DNA of 64,000 nucleotides. Source: an uncultured virus (IMG/VR IMGVR_UViG_3300037427_003924). Lineage: Duplodnaviria > Heunggongvirae > Uroviricota > Caudoviricetes. Made by a program: the position numbers and the translations under genes. The DNA lies in IMG/VR virus record IMGVR_UViG_3300037427_003924; one strand, given 5' to 3'. Under the pieces are notes generated by a model. It was not told where the DNA came from and did no database searches. It was given only the letters and a program-made list of their open reading frames with translations. The stretch's first letter is position 1. Each line of letters opens with the position of its first letter. This document shows positions 38,224 through 48,869 of the stretch, in pieces.

Positions 38224-40097
38224 TACTTTTCTCCTTCATAAACACTTGAATAAAGTATCCCCGCTAAAAAGTTATCTACCTGATGTTCGTAAGCTACGTC
38301 TTGAACCTTCTTGACTCTCTCATGATCCCTGTCTGTGGGTTCAGCAGCGTATCTGCCTGCTTTAGCCAACCAGTTTTCAGGATTTTCATTTGCTATGACA
38401 ATATTAGTAATTTCGCGAGCTACTTCCTTTTGCTGTTTACTAAGTCTTTTACGTTTATGAATTTTGCGCAAAGAAGCCTCCACCTCTATATTTACCTTAT
38501 CTGACAAATTAAGATTCTCCTGAATCTTGGATAAACTAAAGTTTAAAGTAGCCTTAGTCCCTATTGGTGTCTTTTTATCTTCTTCTTTAGGTTTTTTAGA
38601 TCCAGTTGGTCTACCTGTCATCTGAGGCATTTTAGCGCCCCCAATAACAGGCTCATATAGACCCTCCTTCTTATATTCTTGAAACTTCTTTTGAGATTCT
38701 AGAGACTCTTCCAATGTTGGGAAACGTCCAGACTCAATAGCCTGAATCCCTTCTTCAGGGGTCAAAACTCCTAATTCAATAAGGCGGCTATAAATTCGAG
38801 AATAAACAGAAGTATCCTTAAGGTCTACATCTTCGAAATGAGCAGTAGGGTAATTCTTGAAACCCATCTCTTTTGATATACGCCGAATTTCAGGCATTAA
38901 AAAGTTCTCAAGAAAGACACGTCGACTCTGTTTGAGTCTCTCCATAAACACTTGAACTTTAATGCTTGTATTGGCAAATTTTTCATCGCTTAATAGGATG
39001 TTATTGAGACCCATTTGGATATCCTGATTAACAACATCATACTTTTTGGGGTCAAGAATGTTCCCAATATCAGGAATGACGAACTTTGCATTAGTAGTAT
39101 AATCCGAAATTAATACGCGCCCCACAGATTCATTCTCAAAAAGCTTCTGCATGGCCATAAGATTCTTCTGATTTACTCCTCCATCTTGAGGCTTGGCCCC
39201 CATTGTTATAAGCAAGATAGCTTGGTTAGTGGTTCTAGCCACCGCCATGTCCATCTGCTTCATCTCTTCTTTCCAGTTTATGTCCTCCAGTACTGGATAG
39301 CCCATTGGAACCGCAAAAGGTTCGTAATCCTGCTTTTTGTAAAATACAGCTACCAAACGATTAGTATCCAAAGGTAGGGTAACAGCTGACATCCCTACGT
39401 CTTTTGTATCATTTATTAATTTTCTAGTTTCTTCAGGGAGACTATCAAAGACTTCCTGTTGCTCTTCGGTTTGTGGATGACGTAATATTTGAAGCTCGTA
39501 GTCCGTAATCACCTTGTAATAAACCCCAGTACTAAAAGAAATGCTTCCTTGCAACTGGATATCCGAAGGATTCAGTATAATGTATTTAGCAGGAATCTCC
39601 AATTCCTCGGAGGCCTCGGCTATGCCAAATGTTTGATTTATCTTTAAAGCGTCAGCTTTATCCATCTTGGCATTAAAACGGTAAATGAAAACATTTCCTG
39701 AGCGATAATACTCCCTAAAGAACCTACTCTGTAGATCGTCAATATTAATCCTCTTAAAAAGAGTCTCAAAGAAATCCCTAGATTTGCGACTTCCTCCGGT
39801 ATAGTACAAATCGCTAACAGAAAATTCTGTCATTAAATCAATAGTGTTTCTGAAAACTGAGAAGTTATAATAAGCTTTCTGGCACAGGATAATTGTATCT
39901 CGAACCTCAATATTGGAGTTATTAGACACTCCCCGAGAATACTTGAACGGTATCATACCGTTTTCTATATTCCGGAACCGATCTGTCCTGATAATATCTG
40001 CGGCCTTATTTCTGCGCGTACGCGTAGAGTTGGCTATGGACTCATGCTTAGCCATTAGAGGTTCCGAACCTTGTTCCGTTTTCTTCCTTACCGCCAT
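38223..40097 (-). CDS. Portal protein (putative)
   Basis: 624 aa directly after terminase; FRNTIDLMTEF...YYRSGNVFIY pattern. Confidence 0.75.
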   Translation of the reverse strand: MAVRKKTEQGSEPLMAKHESIANSTRTRRNKAADIIRTDRFRNIENGMIPFKYSRGVSNNSNIEVRDTIILCQKAYYNFSVFRNTIDLMTEFSVSDLYYTGGSRKSRDFFETLFKRINIDDLQSRFFREYYRSGNVFIYRFNAKMDKADALKINQTFGIAEASEELEIPAKYIILNPSDIQLQGSISFSTGVYYKVITDYELQILRHPQTEEQQEVFDSLPEETRKLINDTKDVGMSAVTLPLDTNRLVAVFYKKQDYEPFAVPMGYPVLEDINWKEEMKQMDMAVARTTNQAILLITMGAKPQDGGVNQKNLMAMQKLFENESVGRVLISDYTTNAKFVIPDIGNILDPKKYDVVNQDIQMGLNNILLSDEKFANTSIKVQVFMERLKQSRRVFLENFLMPEIRRISKEMGFKNYPTAHFEDVDLKDTSVYSRIYSRLIELGVLTPEEGIQAIESGRFPTLEESLESQKKFQEYKKEGLYEPVIGGAKMPQMTGRPTGSKKPKEEDKKTPIGTKATLNFSLSKIQENLNLSDKVNIEVEASLRKIHKRKRLSKQQKEVAREITNIVIANENPENWLAKAGRYAAEPTDRDHERVKKVQDVAYEHQVDNFLAGILYSSVYEGEK

Positions 40098-40117
40098 ATT
40101 TTACCTTAAATTTACAC

Positions 40118-41950
40118 CTAAGCTATCATCTTGGGAGTAAATGTGTGATTAATTTGCTCCAGCTTAGTATTTTTAAGATCATTATAGCCCTTAACCGCCC
40201 AGTTGCCTAACATTAAAGTAGTATAATTATCCTTACGAGCGCGGTTAGCTGAAGTGCTCCTTTTTAAATGCTGAGGAAGATCAAAAGTTTGAGTGCCTTT
40301 AGCAGTAGTTTTTACCTCTACTAACGCGCATTGCTTTCTGGTTTGATATATAATGTCATCCTGAAATTCGATTAAATCTCCCTTGTTTTCATAAGGCATT
40401 AATTTTATGGGTACAGCTTGTGCAGAGACCTTGTCAAAAAAACTTCCGCATGCCGCAGTACGAGACGCAAACCATATTCTCTTATGGTCAATGGAAGCTT
40501 GCAAATACTCATTAGCTTCACGGAGAAAAGTTGTAGAAAACAACTGTTTAAAGCAAATTACATGCTCTTTTTTGTTATACTGACTTTTAGCTTTTAGTAG
40601 CATCTGCTGGTAATCCACCCCTGTTTTATCACTGTTAAAATCAAAAAATTTCAAATTTATCCTAGAGTCTCGGAAAAGCTCGGACTCATTAGCGCTATCG
40701 ATAAACTGGTAGCCCGCATTATCAATGATGATTAAAGAAAAATTGAAATGAGTTACTAAATAATGAAGATATTTGATGTGATCTTTTAAATCTCCTCCTG
40801 CAACTGCATAAGCGTGAACTAAGGTAGACTCATTTCCCTTTTCCTCATCCAGCTCTAAGACGGACATAGCAAAGTAATCTGAACTCGGGCTATTACTAAA
40901 ACTAGGGTCAATTCCTAAAATATACTCTTTATCCTTTTCTCCCTTGGTTAAAGTGTGCTGTTTCTCCCCATCAGGGATGGTGCAGTCATGCATTTTCTTG
41001 GCGCTGAAATAACTATCACTCCCATCAGTAAACTGCGCACAGTATTCCCGTTGAAAAGAAGAATTAGAGGACCCTCCCGATCTGGCTTCTTCGATAACAG
41101 TGCTATCTATCATGTCAGAAGGAATAGAATCAAAAGCCATTTGAGAGATAAAGTAGTTAGACTGCTGCATCTCTTCGGAGTAGATATTGTTCATCCATTC
41201 TTTATAAGTCTTAAAAAGATTCTCAAAACTAAAACTCGCAGAAGACAGAGCGATCATTTTTGAATTGTTCTCAAACTTGATTCTATCCTTTTCCTGCATT
41301 TGTCCTTTTTTAATTAAGTCGTCCTCCATTTCCCTTATCTTAATTCTTTCTGCCATATCTTGGGGAGCTACCAAAAATGGCATTAGCACTGTCTTAATAG
41401 TATCCTCCGGTAATAATAAAAACTCGTCGAGTACCAAAATATTAGCGCGGAAACCACGAATCTTTTCTCCGCTTAAAGGTATAGCGGTAATAGTCCCTTC
41501 GTTTATTTTCCATTCAAATTGATCATTACGTTTAGATTTAGCGCCAAAAGCATGAGCTAACATCTGAGCTTCTTTCGATTCAACTATCTTTTCTAAATTG
41601 TTAAAGATAAACCGCGCAGTACGAAAAGTCGGCCCAGCTATAAGAATTTTTGTTCGAGGCTCGAATACGCATTGCAAAAAACAATAAACGGCAGCGATGA
41701 AACTTTTGCCACATCCACGACCCCAGACACACATGCTAAAGTTGCGGTTAAAAAAAGCCTTAAGAGTTATCTCTTGGTAGAGGGCCAGTTTAATCCCCGA
41801 AAGTAATTCAGTAGTAAAACCCAAGTTAGAACGCATAAACTTAGCTAAAGTAATCTTAGCCTGTCTATCTGGAAGCTCCCCTTTTAAATCAAGAAACTCT
41901 TCATTTAAGTTGGGGATGGTTTTTTTATATTTATCGGGGCAATACCACAT
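40118..41950 (-). CDS. Terminase large subunit
   Basis: Walker A GRGCGKS, RGFRAN-ILVLDE Walker B, FQREYCAQF, nuclease ILGIDP. Confidence 0.88.
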   Translation of the reverse strand: MWYCPDKYKKTIPNLNEEFLDLKGELPDRQAKITLAKFMRSNLGFTTELLSGIKLALYQEITLKAFFNRNFSMCVWGRGCGKSFIAAVYCFLQCVFEPRTKILIAGPTFRTARFIFNNLEKIVESKEAQMLAHAFGAKSKRNDQFEWKINEGTITAIPLSGEKIRGFRANILVLDEFLLLPEDTIKTVLMPFLVAPQDMAERIKIREMEDDLIKKGQMQEKDRIKFENNSKMIALSSASFSFENLFKTYKEWMNNIYSEEMQQSNYFISQMAFDSIPSDMIDSTVIEEARSGGSSNSSFQREYCAQFTDGSDSYFSAKKMHDCTIPDGEKQHTLTKGEKDKEYILGIDPSFSNSPSSDYFAMSVLELDEEKGNESTLVHAYAVAGGDLKDHIKYLHYLVTHFNFSLIIIDNAGYQFIDSANESELFRDSRINLKFFDFNSDKTGVDYQQMLLKAKSQYNKKEHVICFKQLFSTTFLREANEYLQASIDHKRIWFASRTAACGSFFDKVSAQAVPIKLMPYENKGDLIEFQDDIIYQTRKQCALVEVKTTAKGTQTFDLPQHLKRSTSANRARKDNYTTLMLGNWAVKGYNDLKNTKLEQINHTFTPKMIA

Positions 41951-41951
41951 G

Positions 41952-42890
41952 CTATAACAACTCCAAATCGTAGGCTAGTTGCAAATCAAATTTCTTTTGA
42001 GGAATACTGGTGAGTAATATCCTCTTTACTACACGCACACATTCCTCTCTTCCTTTTACAAATAGGAATTGTATATGGGGAAATTTTTGAATTAAGTACC
42101 TAACGTTGTGAAAAATAAAATCAGGAGTAACTCTAGTATTCTTTTTGTAGACATGTCGTAATTTATTAAACGCTAGACACTCATCCATTTTTCTTTCAAC
42201 TAAAATTACTAAATAAGCTTTTTCTTCTGCGGCTCTTTCTATCTCTCTTTCAAACCTTTCGAGACCCGAGCTTAACGTTCCTATCAAATCAGGGACTGAT
42301 TTCCTTTCTATGTAACAGTTGCCGGTTTTCTTTTTATCGTTTAAGCAATAGTCTCCAAATTTCAAACCTTTAACTTCTGTGGGGAAGTCTTTTATATCCA
42401 GAGGTTTTTGTTCACGTGAATCCACGTAGATAACATGCTCTTCCGAAAACCTTTCTTTGGCTCTAGACTTCTTAGGGAAGATTGAAAACTTATTTTTAAA
42501 TCCTATTTCTTCGCATAAAGCATAATAGTCACCAAACATTAACTGGTAATAGGGAATAGGGGGAACCATTAAAGTTCTTAGCTCTACTTCAGTAGGAGTG
42601 TACTCTAGTTCTTTTTCTTTCTTACGCTTAGTGAGTAGCTCTTTACAGTATTTTTTAGCAGTTTCTAGGGGCGTAGCTTTTAGCCATTTTTTTAAGTTTC
42701 CCTTATTGTTAAAGTCTGCCGATAAATATTGTTCTTTATTTTTAAATTTTATAATCTTCTCATCATACATGTCATGGCGAGGAAACTCGGACTGATAATA
42801 TTCTCCTATCGACAGTTTATGAGCTTTTATATGAAGATGAAGATTTTTATCTTCGGGGAATTCCTTATCGCAAATAGCGCAGTTAACCAT
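41952..42890 (-). CDS. Zn-finger plus ERCC4 (XPF/Mus81-like) nuclease
   Basis: N-terminal CxxC..H...H; VDSREQ...GDY...IERKS motif. Confidence 0.8.
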   Translation of the reverse strand: MVNCAICDKEFPEDKNLHLHIKAHKLSIGEYYQSEFPRHDMYDEKIIKFKNKEQYLSADFNNKGNLKKWLKATPLETAKKYCKELLTKRKKEKELEYTPTEVELRTLMVPPIPYYQLMFGDYYALCEEIGFKNKFSIFPKKSRAKERFSEEHVIYVDSREQKPLDIKDFPTEVKGLKFGDYCLNDKKKTGNCYIERKSVPDLIGTLSSGLERFEREIERAAEEKAYLVILVERKMDECLAFNKLRHVYKKNTRVTPDFIFHNVRYLIQKFPHIQFLFVKGREECVRVVKRILLTSIPQKKFDLQLAYDLELL

Positions 42891-43992
42891 TGAGAACTTC
42901 CTCCTCACTTATCCCCATTATTCTTGATTTGATCTCTTCCATAGAGGTGAGCCTTTCTATCTCGGTTGAGACGTTTTTCTTTCTAATCTCTGCGATCTTA
43001 ATCATTTTATTTCGAGACTCTTCATCTTTCCAAAGTTCCACTAAGTTTAATATAGAAGCAGATTCCTGCATGATCTTACTCATGCGTTGACTTCTTTTTT
43101 CTTTAAGCTCGTTAAGTAATTTAGTTTGGCGATTTACGCATTGGTTGTATTCAGTTTGTGCCGTGTTAATAGCTTCAACCAAACTCATGGCCATTCGTCT
43201 TCCTTCAGTATCTTCTGCATTTTGATCAAGAAGTTGTTGTAGCCTTTCTACGCGTCTTTGAATATTAGAAGCGATCACCACTTCCGCTGCTAAAACTATA
43301 TACTGATCTACCTCTTCTTGAGAAAGATCGGATTTATCCCATGTATAACGAACGAAACTACTTTCAAATAATTCTCGATCTGTCTCAATAGTATAAGTGC
43401 TAATCTGATGAAGAAAGCGAAAAGTATGCATGTAGCCAATAAGAGTAGAAAGGTTCCTTTTTATTTTGGTGGTGACTTTCTCTTTATTAATTCCATTGTA
43501 AACGTATTTATTTACCCGAACTAACGCTCGACTCTCAGACTTCGGAGGTTGATAACCACCTTCGACAGGGACATCTTCATTACTGTCGGAATACTTTACT
43601 TTATTAGGAACCGTATTAAGGAAATCTACCGTGACCTTATACCTTTGATCTAAAGCGGATATTTTAGGATCATCAAAAATCAATCGCGCCATTTCCATCG
43701 GTTTCATCGCGCTACAATTATTTGAGACAAATTCTTTTTGTTCGTCGTTTAGCTCGATCTTTTCTTTGGGGTAATATTTATGAGAGACTTTCGCTTCTAG
43801 ACTTTTTTCAGCTAAAAACTTTTTTACAGCTCTTCCGTATTTTGATCTTCCGTCTCTTTGTTTTTCTGGGATATCTGGAAATACTAACTCTATCAATTGG
43901 GATATATAAGGGGGGTCCTCAGGGCGGTTATTCCACTCGGTAAGAATTGCTAACTGTTGATCTTCGTTAAGTCCTATATTCTTGGAGCTCAT
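42883..43992 (-). CDS. Hypothetical protein with coiled-coil C-terminus
   Basis: 369 aa, overlapping both neighbours. Confidence 0.7.
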   Translation of the reverse strand: MSSKNIGLNEDQQLAILTEWNNRPEDPPYISQLIELVFPDIPEKQRDGRSKYGRAVKKFLAEKSLEAKVSHKYYPKEKIELNDEQKEFVSNNCSAMKPMEMARLIFDDPKISALDQRYKVTVDFLNTVPNKVKYSDSNEDVPVEGGYQPPKSESRALVRVNKYVYNGINKEKVTTKIKRNLSTLIGYMHTFRFLHQISTYTIETDRELFESSFVRYTWDKSDLSQEEVDQYIVLAAEVVIASNIQRRVERLQQLLDQNAEDTEGRRMAMSLVEAINTAQTEYNQCVNRQTKLLNELKEKRSQRMSKIMQESASILNLVELWKDEESRNKMIKIAEIRKKNVSTEIERLTSMEEIKSRIMGISEEEVLNG

Positions 43993-44675
43993 ATTATTTC
44001 TATCTCTCCTTCTTTTAGCATTTTTTTAACTTTTTGAATAATTGACTTTTTGACATTTTTAATCTGTTTATATCCCGGAACCCGATTCTTTTCATTTGTC
44101 TTATACCCCATTAAAGATGCAGCGTCTTCCTCTGACATGTTGTCGATATATAAAGCTTTATAGATTTTCCATTCAGAAGACTTGAGGGTCTCTTTCATTT
44201 TATCGTTAATCTTCTTCATTAGAGAAATAATGTCCAAACCCGTATACTCGGTACTATTTATCTCCGTAGCATGTTGATTGATAGAAACCGGCAATTTAGC
44301 ATCATAGGCTTGTTTTTTTGTCCTTGTCCAATTAGCATATAAAGGACACGTGTCACATTGCTTACCGTAAATGTAACATAAGTCACCAGCTTCGGCTGCG
44401 GCACACTTGAGGCAGGGGCGGCAATAATTTCCGTAATTGTTTCGGATTAAGTTTTTTATTTGATTGGATATAATCCGGTTTATCCAAGGGTTTAATGGTT
44501 TCTTAGTATCGTATAGATGCCACTTCTTAAAAATGTGAATTCTTAAAATTTGAGAAACATCATCAAAATCCATCCAAGATAACGCAGTAAGGTTCCATTT
44601 GGACCTTCTCTTTTTAATTTCTACATCTATCTGTTCTATGAAATCTTCAAATTTGGGTTTTTTAGGTCTGGGCAT
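43989..44675 (-). CDS. Phage sigma70/ECF-like sigma factor with Cys-rich insertion
   Basis: Region 2-like DFDDVSQ...YDTKKPLNPWINRIISNQIKNLIR; region 4 HTH-like MSEEDAASLMGY; CxxCxxC...CxxC between them. Confidence 0.65.
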   Translation of the reverse strand: MPRPKKPKFEDFIEQIDVEIKKRRSKWNLTALSWMDFDDVSQILRIHIFKKWHLYDTKKPLNPWINRIISNQIKNLIRNNYGNYCRPCLKCAAAEAGDLCYIYGKQCDTCPLYANWTRTKKQAYDAKLPVSINQHATEINSTEYTGLDIISLMKKINDKMKETLKSSEWKIYKALYIDNMSEEDAASLMGYKTNEKNRVPGYKQIKNVKKSIIQKVKKMLKEGEIEII

Positions 44676-45057
44676 CGGATCGTCGCGATGATCCGGCTTC
44701 TCTCTGTAGGTCGTTAACAATAGACTCTTTAGAGTAAGATGGATCCACTTCCCTCCTGTAGTTATCCTTCTCTCCGTTAGCGGTTCCCGCAAGTTGGTCA
44801 AGAGGCACACTACTAAAACTTTGAGACACTTGTATATCAACATCTAAACCCTCAATAGAGGGGATATACTCTTCCTCATATTCCTCTTCTTCCTCCATTA
44901 CCACAGGGGAGCTTACAACTGGAGCCTGAGCTTTAAATACTCTTCTTGGAGAATTAGCACTAATCTGCGCAAAAGGGTCCCCACAAGAGCAACAAAACTG
45001 AGGCTTCTTTAAAGAATACTCTGTTCCCGACCCACAATTCGTGCAATAAACCTTCAT
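44662..45057 (-). CDS. Zinc-ribbon protein
   Basis: YCTNCG...FCCSCG. Confidence 0.65.
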   Translation of the reverse strand: MKVYCTNCGSGTEYSLKKPQFCCSCGDPFAQISANSPRRVFKAQAPVVSSPVVMEEEEEYEEEYIPSIEGLDVDIQVSQSFSSVPLDQLAGTANGEKDNYRREVDPSYSKESIVNDLQREAGSSRRSDAQT

Positions 45058-45122
45058 AGATGACATTACACTATATATATTACTGAAAATCCCAGTTTTT
45101 TCAAAAAAAGTGTATAACCTAT

Positions 45123-45398
45123 ATGGACATGGAAAACGTCAAGTTTAAAACCTCGGATGGAATCGAATACGAATTGATGTGGAAAAAACCCCATCACACC
45201 TATAATGCGGATGGGTTGTGTTACTCTCCTGACTCTGATAATCCCAGAATCCTAGTGGATCCCACGCTTAAGAAAAGGCGAAAAATGAGCACTCTCATAG
45301 AAGAGGTCACTCATGCCTTTTTTTGGGACAAGTCAGAAAAACAGGTTAGGAAATTTTCTTCCGTTCTTGCCGGGTTAATAAATAAACAGATTAAATAG
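45123..45398 (+). CDS. Small zincin-like protein
   Basis: TLIEEVTHA, an HExxH-variant; GTGTA upstream. Confidence 0.45.
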   Translation: MDMENVKFKTSDGIEYELMWKKPHHTYNADGLCYSPDSDNPRILVDPTLKKRRKMSTLIEEVTHAFFWDKSEKQVRKFSSVLAGLINKQIK

Positions 45399-46152
45399 TA
45401 TCACATTCCGCTAATTTGGAGACGATAAACTTGGTCAGTTCTGACCTAACGATATCTTCTTGACTAAATTCGAAAGTGTGAATGCCCATATCCCTGCTTT
45501 CTTGATTATCAAAAACATCATAGAGTTTAAGGAAGCCTCCACGGTTTCCGTTTTTTAAATCAGTTTGCATAGGGTCAGCCATAATAATACATCTAGAATA
45601 TTTACCAATACGTGTTAAAACTGTAACAATTTCACGAAAAGAACTATTTTGAGCTTCGTCCATTAATATAGCTTTCCCGTTCCAACTCATCCCCCGAGCG
45701 AAGTTAACAGGGTGAATAGATACTCTTTTTTCTTTTTGAAGCTTTTTGACAGTCTCTTCGCTAAGAAGCTCATCTAGCTTGTCCATAAAGGGCAAATTAT
45801 AGTAGTGAAGTTTCTCATCTGCGTCGCCGGGAAGAAAACCCAATCTTGAGTCAGAGCTTTCTACGGCTGAGCGCATATATATAACGTCTGAGACTTTAGA
45901 ATTATTTAAAAGGTTTAAAGCTGAATAAACTGCAGTTAAAGTTTTAGAACTTCCTGCGGGGCCTTTACATAAAATAAGTCTTGTATTCTTATCTTTGGAA
46001 ATTTCTATAAAGCGTTTTTGCTTATCTGTCCAAGGAAGCTCTTCGATATAAAAAGTATCCTTGGGTTTTAGTGGATCTCGTTGGTGAATCTTGACCCTTC
46101 CGTCCGTAACTTCGAGAGACCCAAAGTCTCCCGTGCTCTTTACTTTTGGCAT
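45391..46152 (-). CDS. phoH: PhoH-family ATPase
   Basis: GPAGSSKT, LGFLPGD..EK, FARG, MDEAQN, LTRIG, DPMQTD, DIVRS. Confidence 0.92.
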   Translation of the reverse strand: MPKVKSTGDFGSLEVTDGRVKIHQRDPLKPKDTFYIEELPWTDKQKRFIEISKDKNTRLILCKGPAGSSKTLTAVYSALNLLNNSKVSDVIYMRSAVESSDSRLGFLPGDADEKLHYYNLPFMDKLDELLSEETVKKLQKEKRVSIHPVNFARGMSWNGKAILMDEAQNSSFREIVTVLTRIGKYSRCIIMADPMQTDLKNGNRGGFLKLYDVFDNQESRDMGIHTFEFSQEDIVRSELTKFIVSKLAECDTI

Positions 46153-46198
46153 CACTATCTTTTTACACCCAAAAAAGTGTAATATACAAAATAAAGTA

Positions 46199-46687
46199 AT
46201 GAACGAAATAACTAATATTGTGGGGAACCTAACTAATCTGACTTCTTTAACGGAAAAGGAAGAAGTCCAAGGTTTCTTAGAGGGGTTAATTGGGGAATAT
46301 GGTTGGATATTACTAATAGCCATAGCCACAATCTTGGCTAAAGACATGATTATGAACTTCGTTCAGGGGATACTCGTGTTCATGGGGAACGATTTTAATA
46401 ACGACGATATAATTTACATTTCTGGACGTCAAGCACGTATAGTTCGCGTAGGAATTCGTAATACAGTTTTTTACATGCTTGACAGAAAAACTAAGATGCT
46501 CGTACCAAATGAGCAGTTGAAACAACTAACTATCGAAAAAACTTTACCTAAGAACGGGGGAATTCCCTATTTGCCTAAAGGAAGCGATCCCGACTTTATT
46601 GGAACAAAGGAAGTTCCAATTAGCTCTCCCCCCATGCAGGTGGAGGTGGTAACCAAGCCCACTCCCCGGAAAAGTATAAAAAAATGA
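46199..46687 (+). CDS. Short MscS-family mechanosensitive channel-like protein
   Basis: TM segment, then AKDMIMNFVQGI..F..DDIIYISG...IVRVGIRNT...MLVPNEQL. Confidence 0.7.
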   Translation: MNEITNIVGNLTNLTSLTEKEEVQGFLEGLIGEYGWILLIAIATILAKDMIMNFVQGILVFMGNDFNNDDIIYISGRQARIVRVGIRNTVFYMLDRKTKMLVPNEQLKQLTIEKTLPKNGGIPYLPKGSDPDFIGTKEVPISSPPMQVEVVTKPTPRKSIKK

Positions 46688-46914
46688 AAAAACTCCTACT
46701 TACTGCCTTACTGCTTACTGGATGTAAAAACATTGACGAAAACGGAAGATTGGAAAAAGTTAGGTTCTCCGTTCCTGCTTTTTTTCATGTAGAGATGGAA
46801 TATTATGCTGACCAAGAAAATCTTACTGATAGATCACAACGTCAACAGGTCCCTTCCCATAAATTAGTAAATGGAAAATATTTTCCCCGATTAATGGAAA
46901 TGGGAGAAAAATAA
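46684..46914 (+). CDS. Lipoprotein
   Basis: MKKLLLTALLLTG-C lipobox. Confidence 0.7.
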   Translation: MKKLLLTALLLTGCKNIDENGRLEKVRFSVPAFFHVEMEYYADQENLTDRSQRQQVPSHKLVNGKYFPRLMEMGEK

Positions 46915-46934
46915 GTGTATAATACTTTAGAAAG

Positions 46935-47615
46935 ATGAAAGACTTAGATTTTGAAAATATCGACTTTAGTAAAGAGATCGCTGTCCTGATGGAAAAAGGC
47001 GTTTTCGCTAACAGCAAAGCTGGCTACCCACCCAACTGCAACGAGGGTTATATCCTCAGTAAAGATGGCACCCAATGCGTCTCTGAAGACTCTTCTGCAA
47101 AAACGAAAAAAGAATGGGAGAAGGTCGACACTAAAGAGTTAAAACGCGATTCAAAAAAAGAAAAGAAGGAGCATGAAAAAGACGCCATCAAGGATGATGA
47201 GAGCAAAATTAAAAAGCTCAAAAAAGGCAAACCTTCTGAAAAGAAAAGCGTAGAAATTCACGATATTAAAAAAGACGAGAAATACGATAAAGAAAGAAAA
47301 GCGGGTTGGAAAAAGAAAACTGAAGGAGCTAAGATGAGCAGTAAACAGAAAAACGATCTACCAGACTCCGATTTTGCTTATATACAACCCGGTGGTAAAA
47401 AAGATTCCGAAGGAAAAACGACCCCGCGGTCATTGCGTCATCTTCCAATTAACGACGCTGCACACGTGCGCAACGCTTTAGCAAGACTTGATCAAACGGA
47501 TATTAGCCCAGAGGCTAAAAAAGCAGCGCTTAAGAAAATTAAAGCTGCGGCCAAGAAATTCGACATTAAGGTTAGTGAAAGTTCAGCCACAATAGATTAT
47601 TCTGATCTATACTAA
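46935..47615 (+). CDS. Lys-rich protein with DUF6582-like C-terminal domain
   Basis: NDLPDSDFA...RHLPINDAAHVRNALARL. Confidence 0.6.
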   Translation: MKDLDFENIDFSKEIAVLMEKGVFANSKAGYPPNCNEGYILSKDGTQCVSEDSSAKTKKEWEKVDTKELKRDSKKEKKEHEKDAIKDDESKIKKLKKGKPSEKKSVEIHDIKKDEKYDKERKAGWKKKTEGAKMSSKQKNDLPDSDFAYIQPGGKKDSEGKTTPRSLRHLPINDAAHVRNALARLDQTDISPEAKKAALKKIKAAAKKFDIKVSESSATIDYSDLY

Positions 47616-47642
47616 TCCTTTATACTTGTTTTGTTAAAGAAA

Positions 47643-47667
47643 AAGCCCCGCAACCGCGGGGCTTTTA
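47643..47667. terminator. Bidirectional terminator
   Basis: AAGCCCCGC-AACC-GCGGGGCTTTT between convergent genes. Confidence 0.8.
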
Positions 47668-47726
47668 TTTCGTGCATAGGTCATCTGAAATATCGTTAAG
47701 ATATAGAGATTGTGAAATGCACTAGA

Positions 47727-47960
47727 TTATTTGATACGACGCCGTAAGAGGAGTGGATCAAAATTATCGTTGCTGTCGTAAGCAAATGGTTCCCATCCTT
47801 CGGGAATATTTTTAGTGTTGGAGGTTTTATACTCCCACTGTTGAGTTGGGTCCCAAGAAACGATTAACGGGCTGGATGTAGCACCTGTGCCGAGTACTAC
47901 GGTAGTGGTCAGTAATACACCAATTGCGAACGACTTCCAATCAAGTATTTTAAGTTTCAT
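47727..47960 (-). CDS. Small exported protein
   Basis: DWKSFAIGVLL hydrophobic N-terminus; WEYK...GWEP. Confidence 0.6.
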   Translation of the reverse strand: MKLKILDWKSFAIGVLLTTTVVLGTGATSSPLIVSWDPTQQWEYKTSNTKNIPEGWEPFAYDSNDNFDPLLLRRRIK

Positions 47961-47982
47961 ATTTGTTTATATTGTATATAGC

Positions 47983-48498
47983 TTATTCTCCCGGTTTGTT
48001 TCCATCGATGACCTTATCTCTTTTGTTAGCGAATTCTTTTTTTATCTCAGCGATACGTTGACGAATTTCTGCGCGATGTTTTTTTGCATTTTCAGCCCAT
48101 TCCTTATGGGTCGCTTTCATCTGATCCCTCAATGCAGCTTTTTGATCATCCGTAGCATCTTTAAACTTGGATTTATCAAAATTGCCTTTCATTTTTTTTG
48201 AAGCTTCTGAAAAACTCTTCCTAAGCTCTTTTATCTTTTCGTCATCACGGACAAGCTTCCCGAATGCTCGACCCTTATGGTTAACTTTTTGACCTTTCTT
48301 TTTTGCGTTCCCGCGGTGCTTTTTACGCTTATCAAAGGCAGCCTTGAGGCGCTCTTTAATCTTTTCTCGGTCAATCTTCTTTTCAGGGCGAGGTTTATCG
48401 GCCTTCCCCTTCTTCTTGTCGGGTCCAGCTTCTGCCGTGGATAACACTGATGCCATTATAGCCACCAATCCGTATTTGAAGATATTTTTAATCATCAT
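47983..48498 (-). CDS. Secreted Lys/Arg-rich helical protein
   Basis: Signal peptide ending AEA; sigma54-like site upstream. Confidence 0.65.
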   Translation of the reverse strand: MMIKNIFKYGLVAIMASVLSTAEAGPDKKKGKADKPRPEKKIDREKIKERLKAAFDKRKKHRGNAKKKGQKVNHKGRAFGKLVRDDEKIKELRKSFSEASKKMKGNFDKSKFKDATDDQKAALRDQMKATHKEWAENAKKHRAEIRQRIAEIKKEFANKRDKVIDGNKPGE

Positions 48499-48512
48499 GG
48501 TACTTTTTATTA

Positions 48513-48529
48513 TGCAGGATTTATGCCAA
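48513..48529 (-). promoter_or_regulatory. sigma54 (-24/-12)-like promoter
   Basis: TTGGCATAAATCCTGCA, GG-N10-GC spacing, 14 nt before ATG 48498. Confidence 0.55.
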
Positions 48530-48644
48530 AGTGAAAATGATTTTTTAAAGGGGTTTATTTATAGAGCTTTTAAGTCATTGGGTCTTATTGCTCATTTTCC
48601 CAAAAACAGTTGGGTATTATTCCCTATGAGTGTAACTAAAGTAT

Positions 48645-48869
48645 ATGAAACAAGCTTACAAGAAAAAATGGATATGTGGTGGAGTGATAGTAGTTATAGC
48701 TGCGGGCCTTGTCTTCCTACTCGGTCACAAGAAAGAAGAGATAACCTCTACAGTGCAGGATAAGATCACAGAAAAGGCCACTGAAGCCATTGTTGATAAA
48801 GCAGTAGACAAAGTTGCGGATAAAGCAAAAGAAAAGCTTACAGATGAGATTTCTAAGATATTACCGTGA
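48645..48869 (+). CDS. Small membrane-anchored protein
   Basis: One hydrophobic segment; GTGTA upstream. Confidence 0.6.
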   Translation: MKQAYKKKWICGGVIVVIAAGLVFLLGHKKEEITSTVQDKITEKATEAIVDKAVDKVADKAKEKLTDEISKILP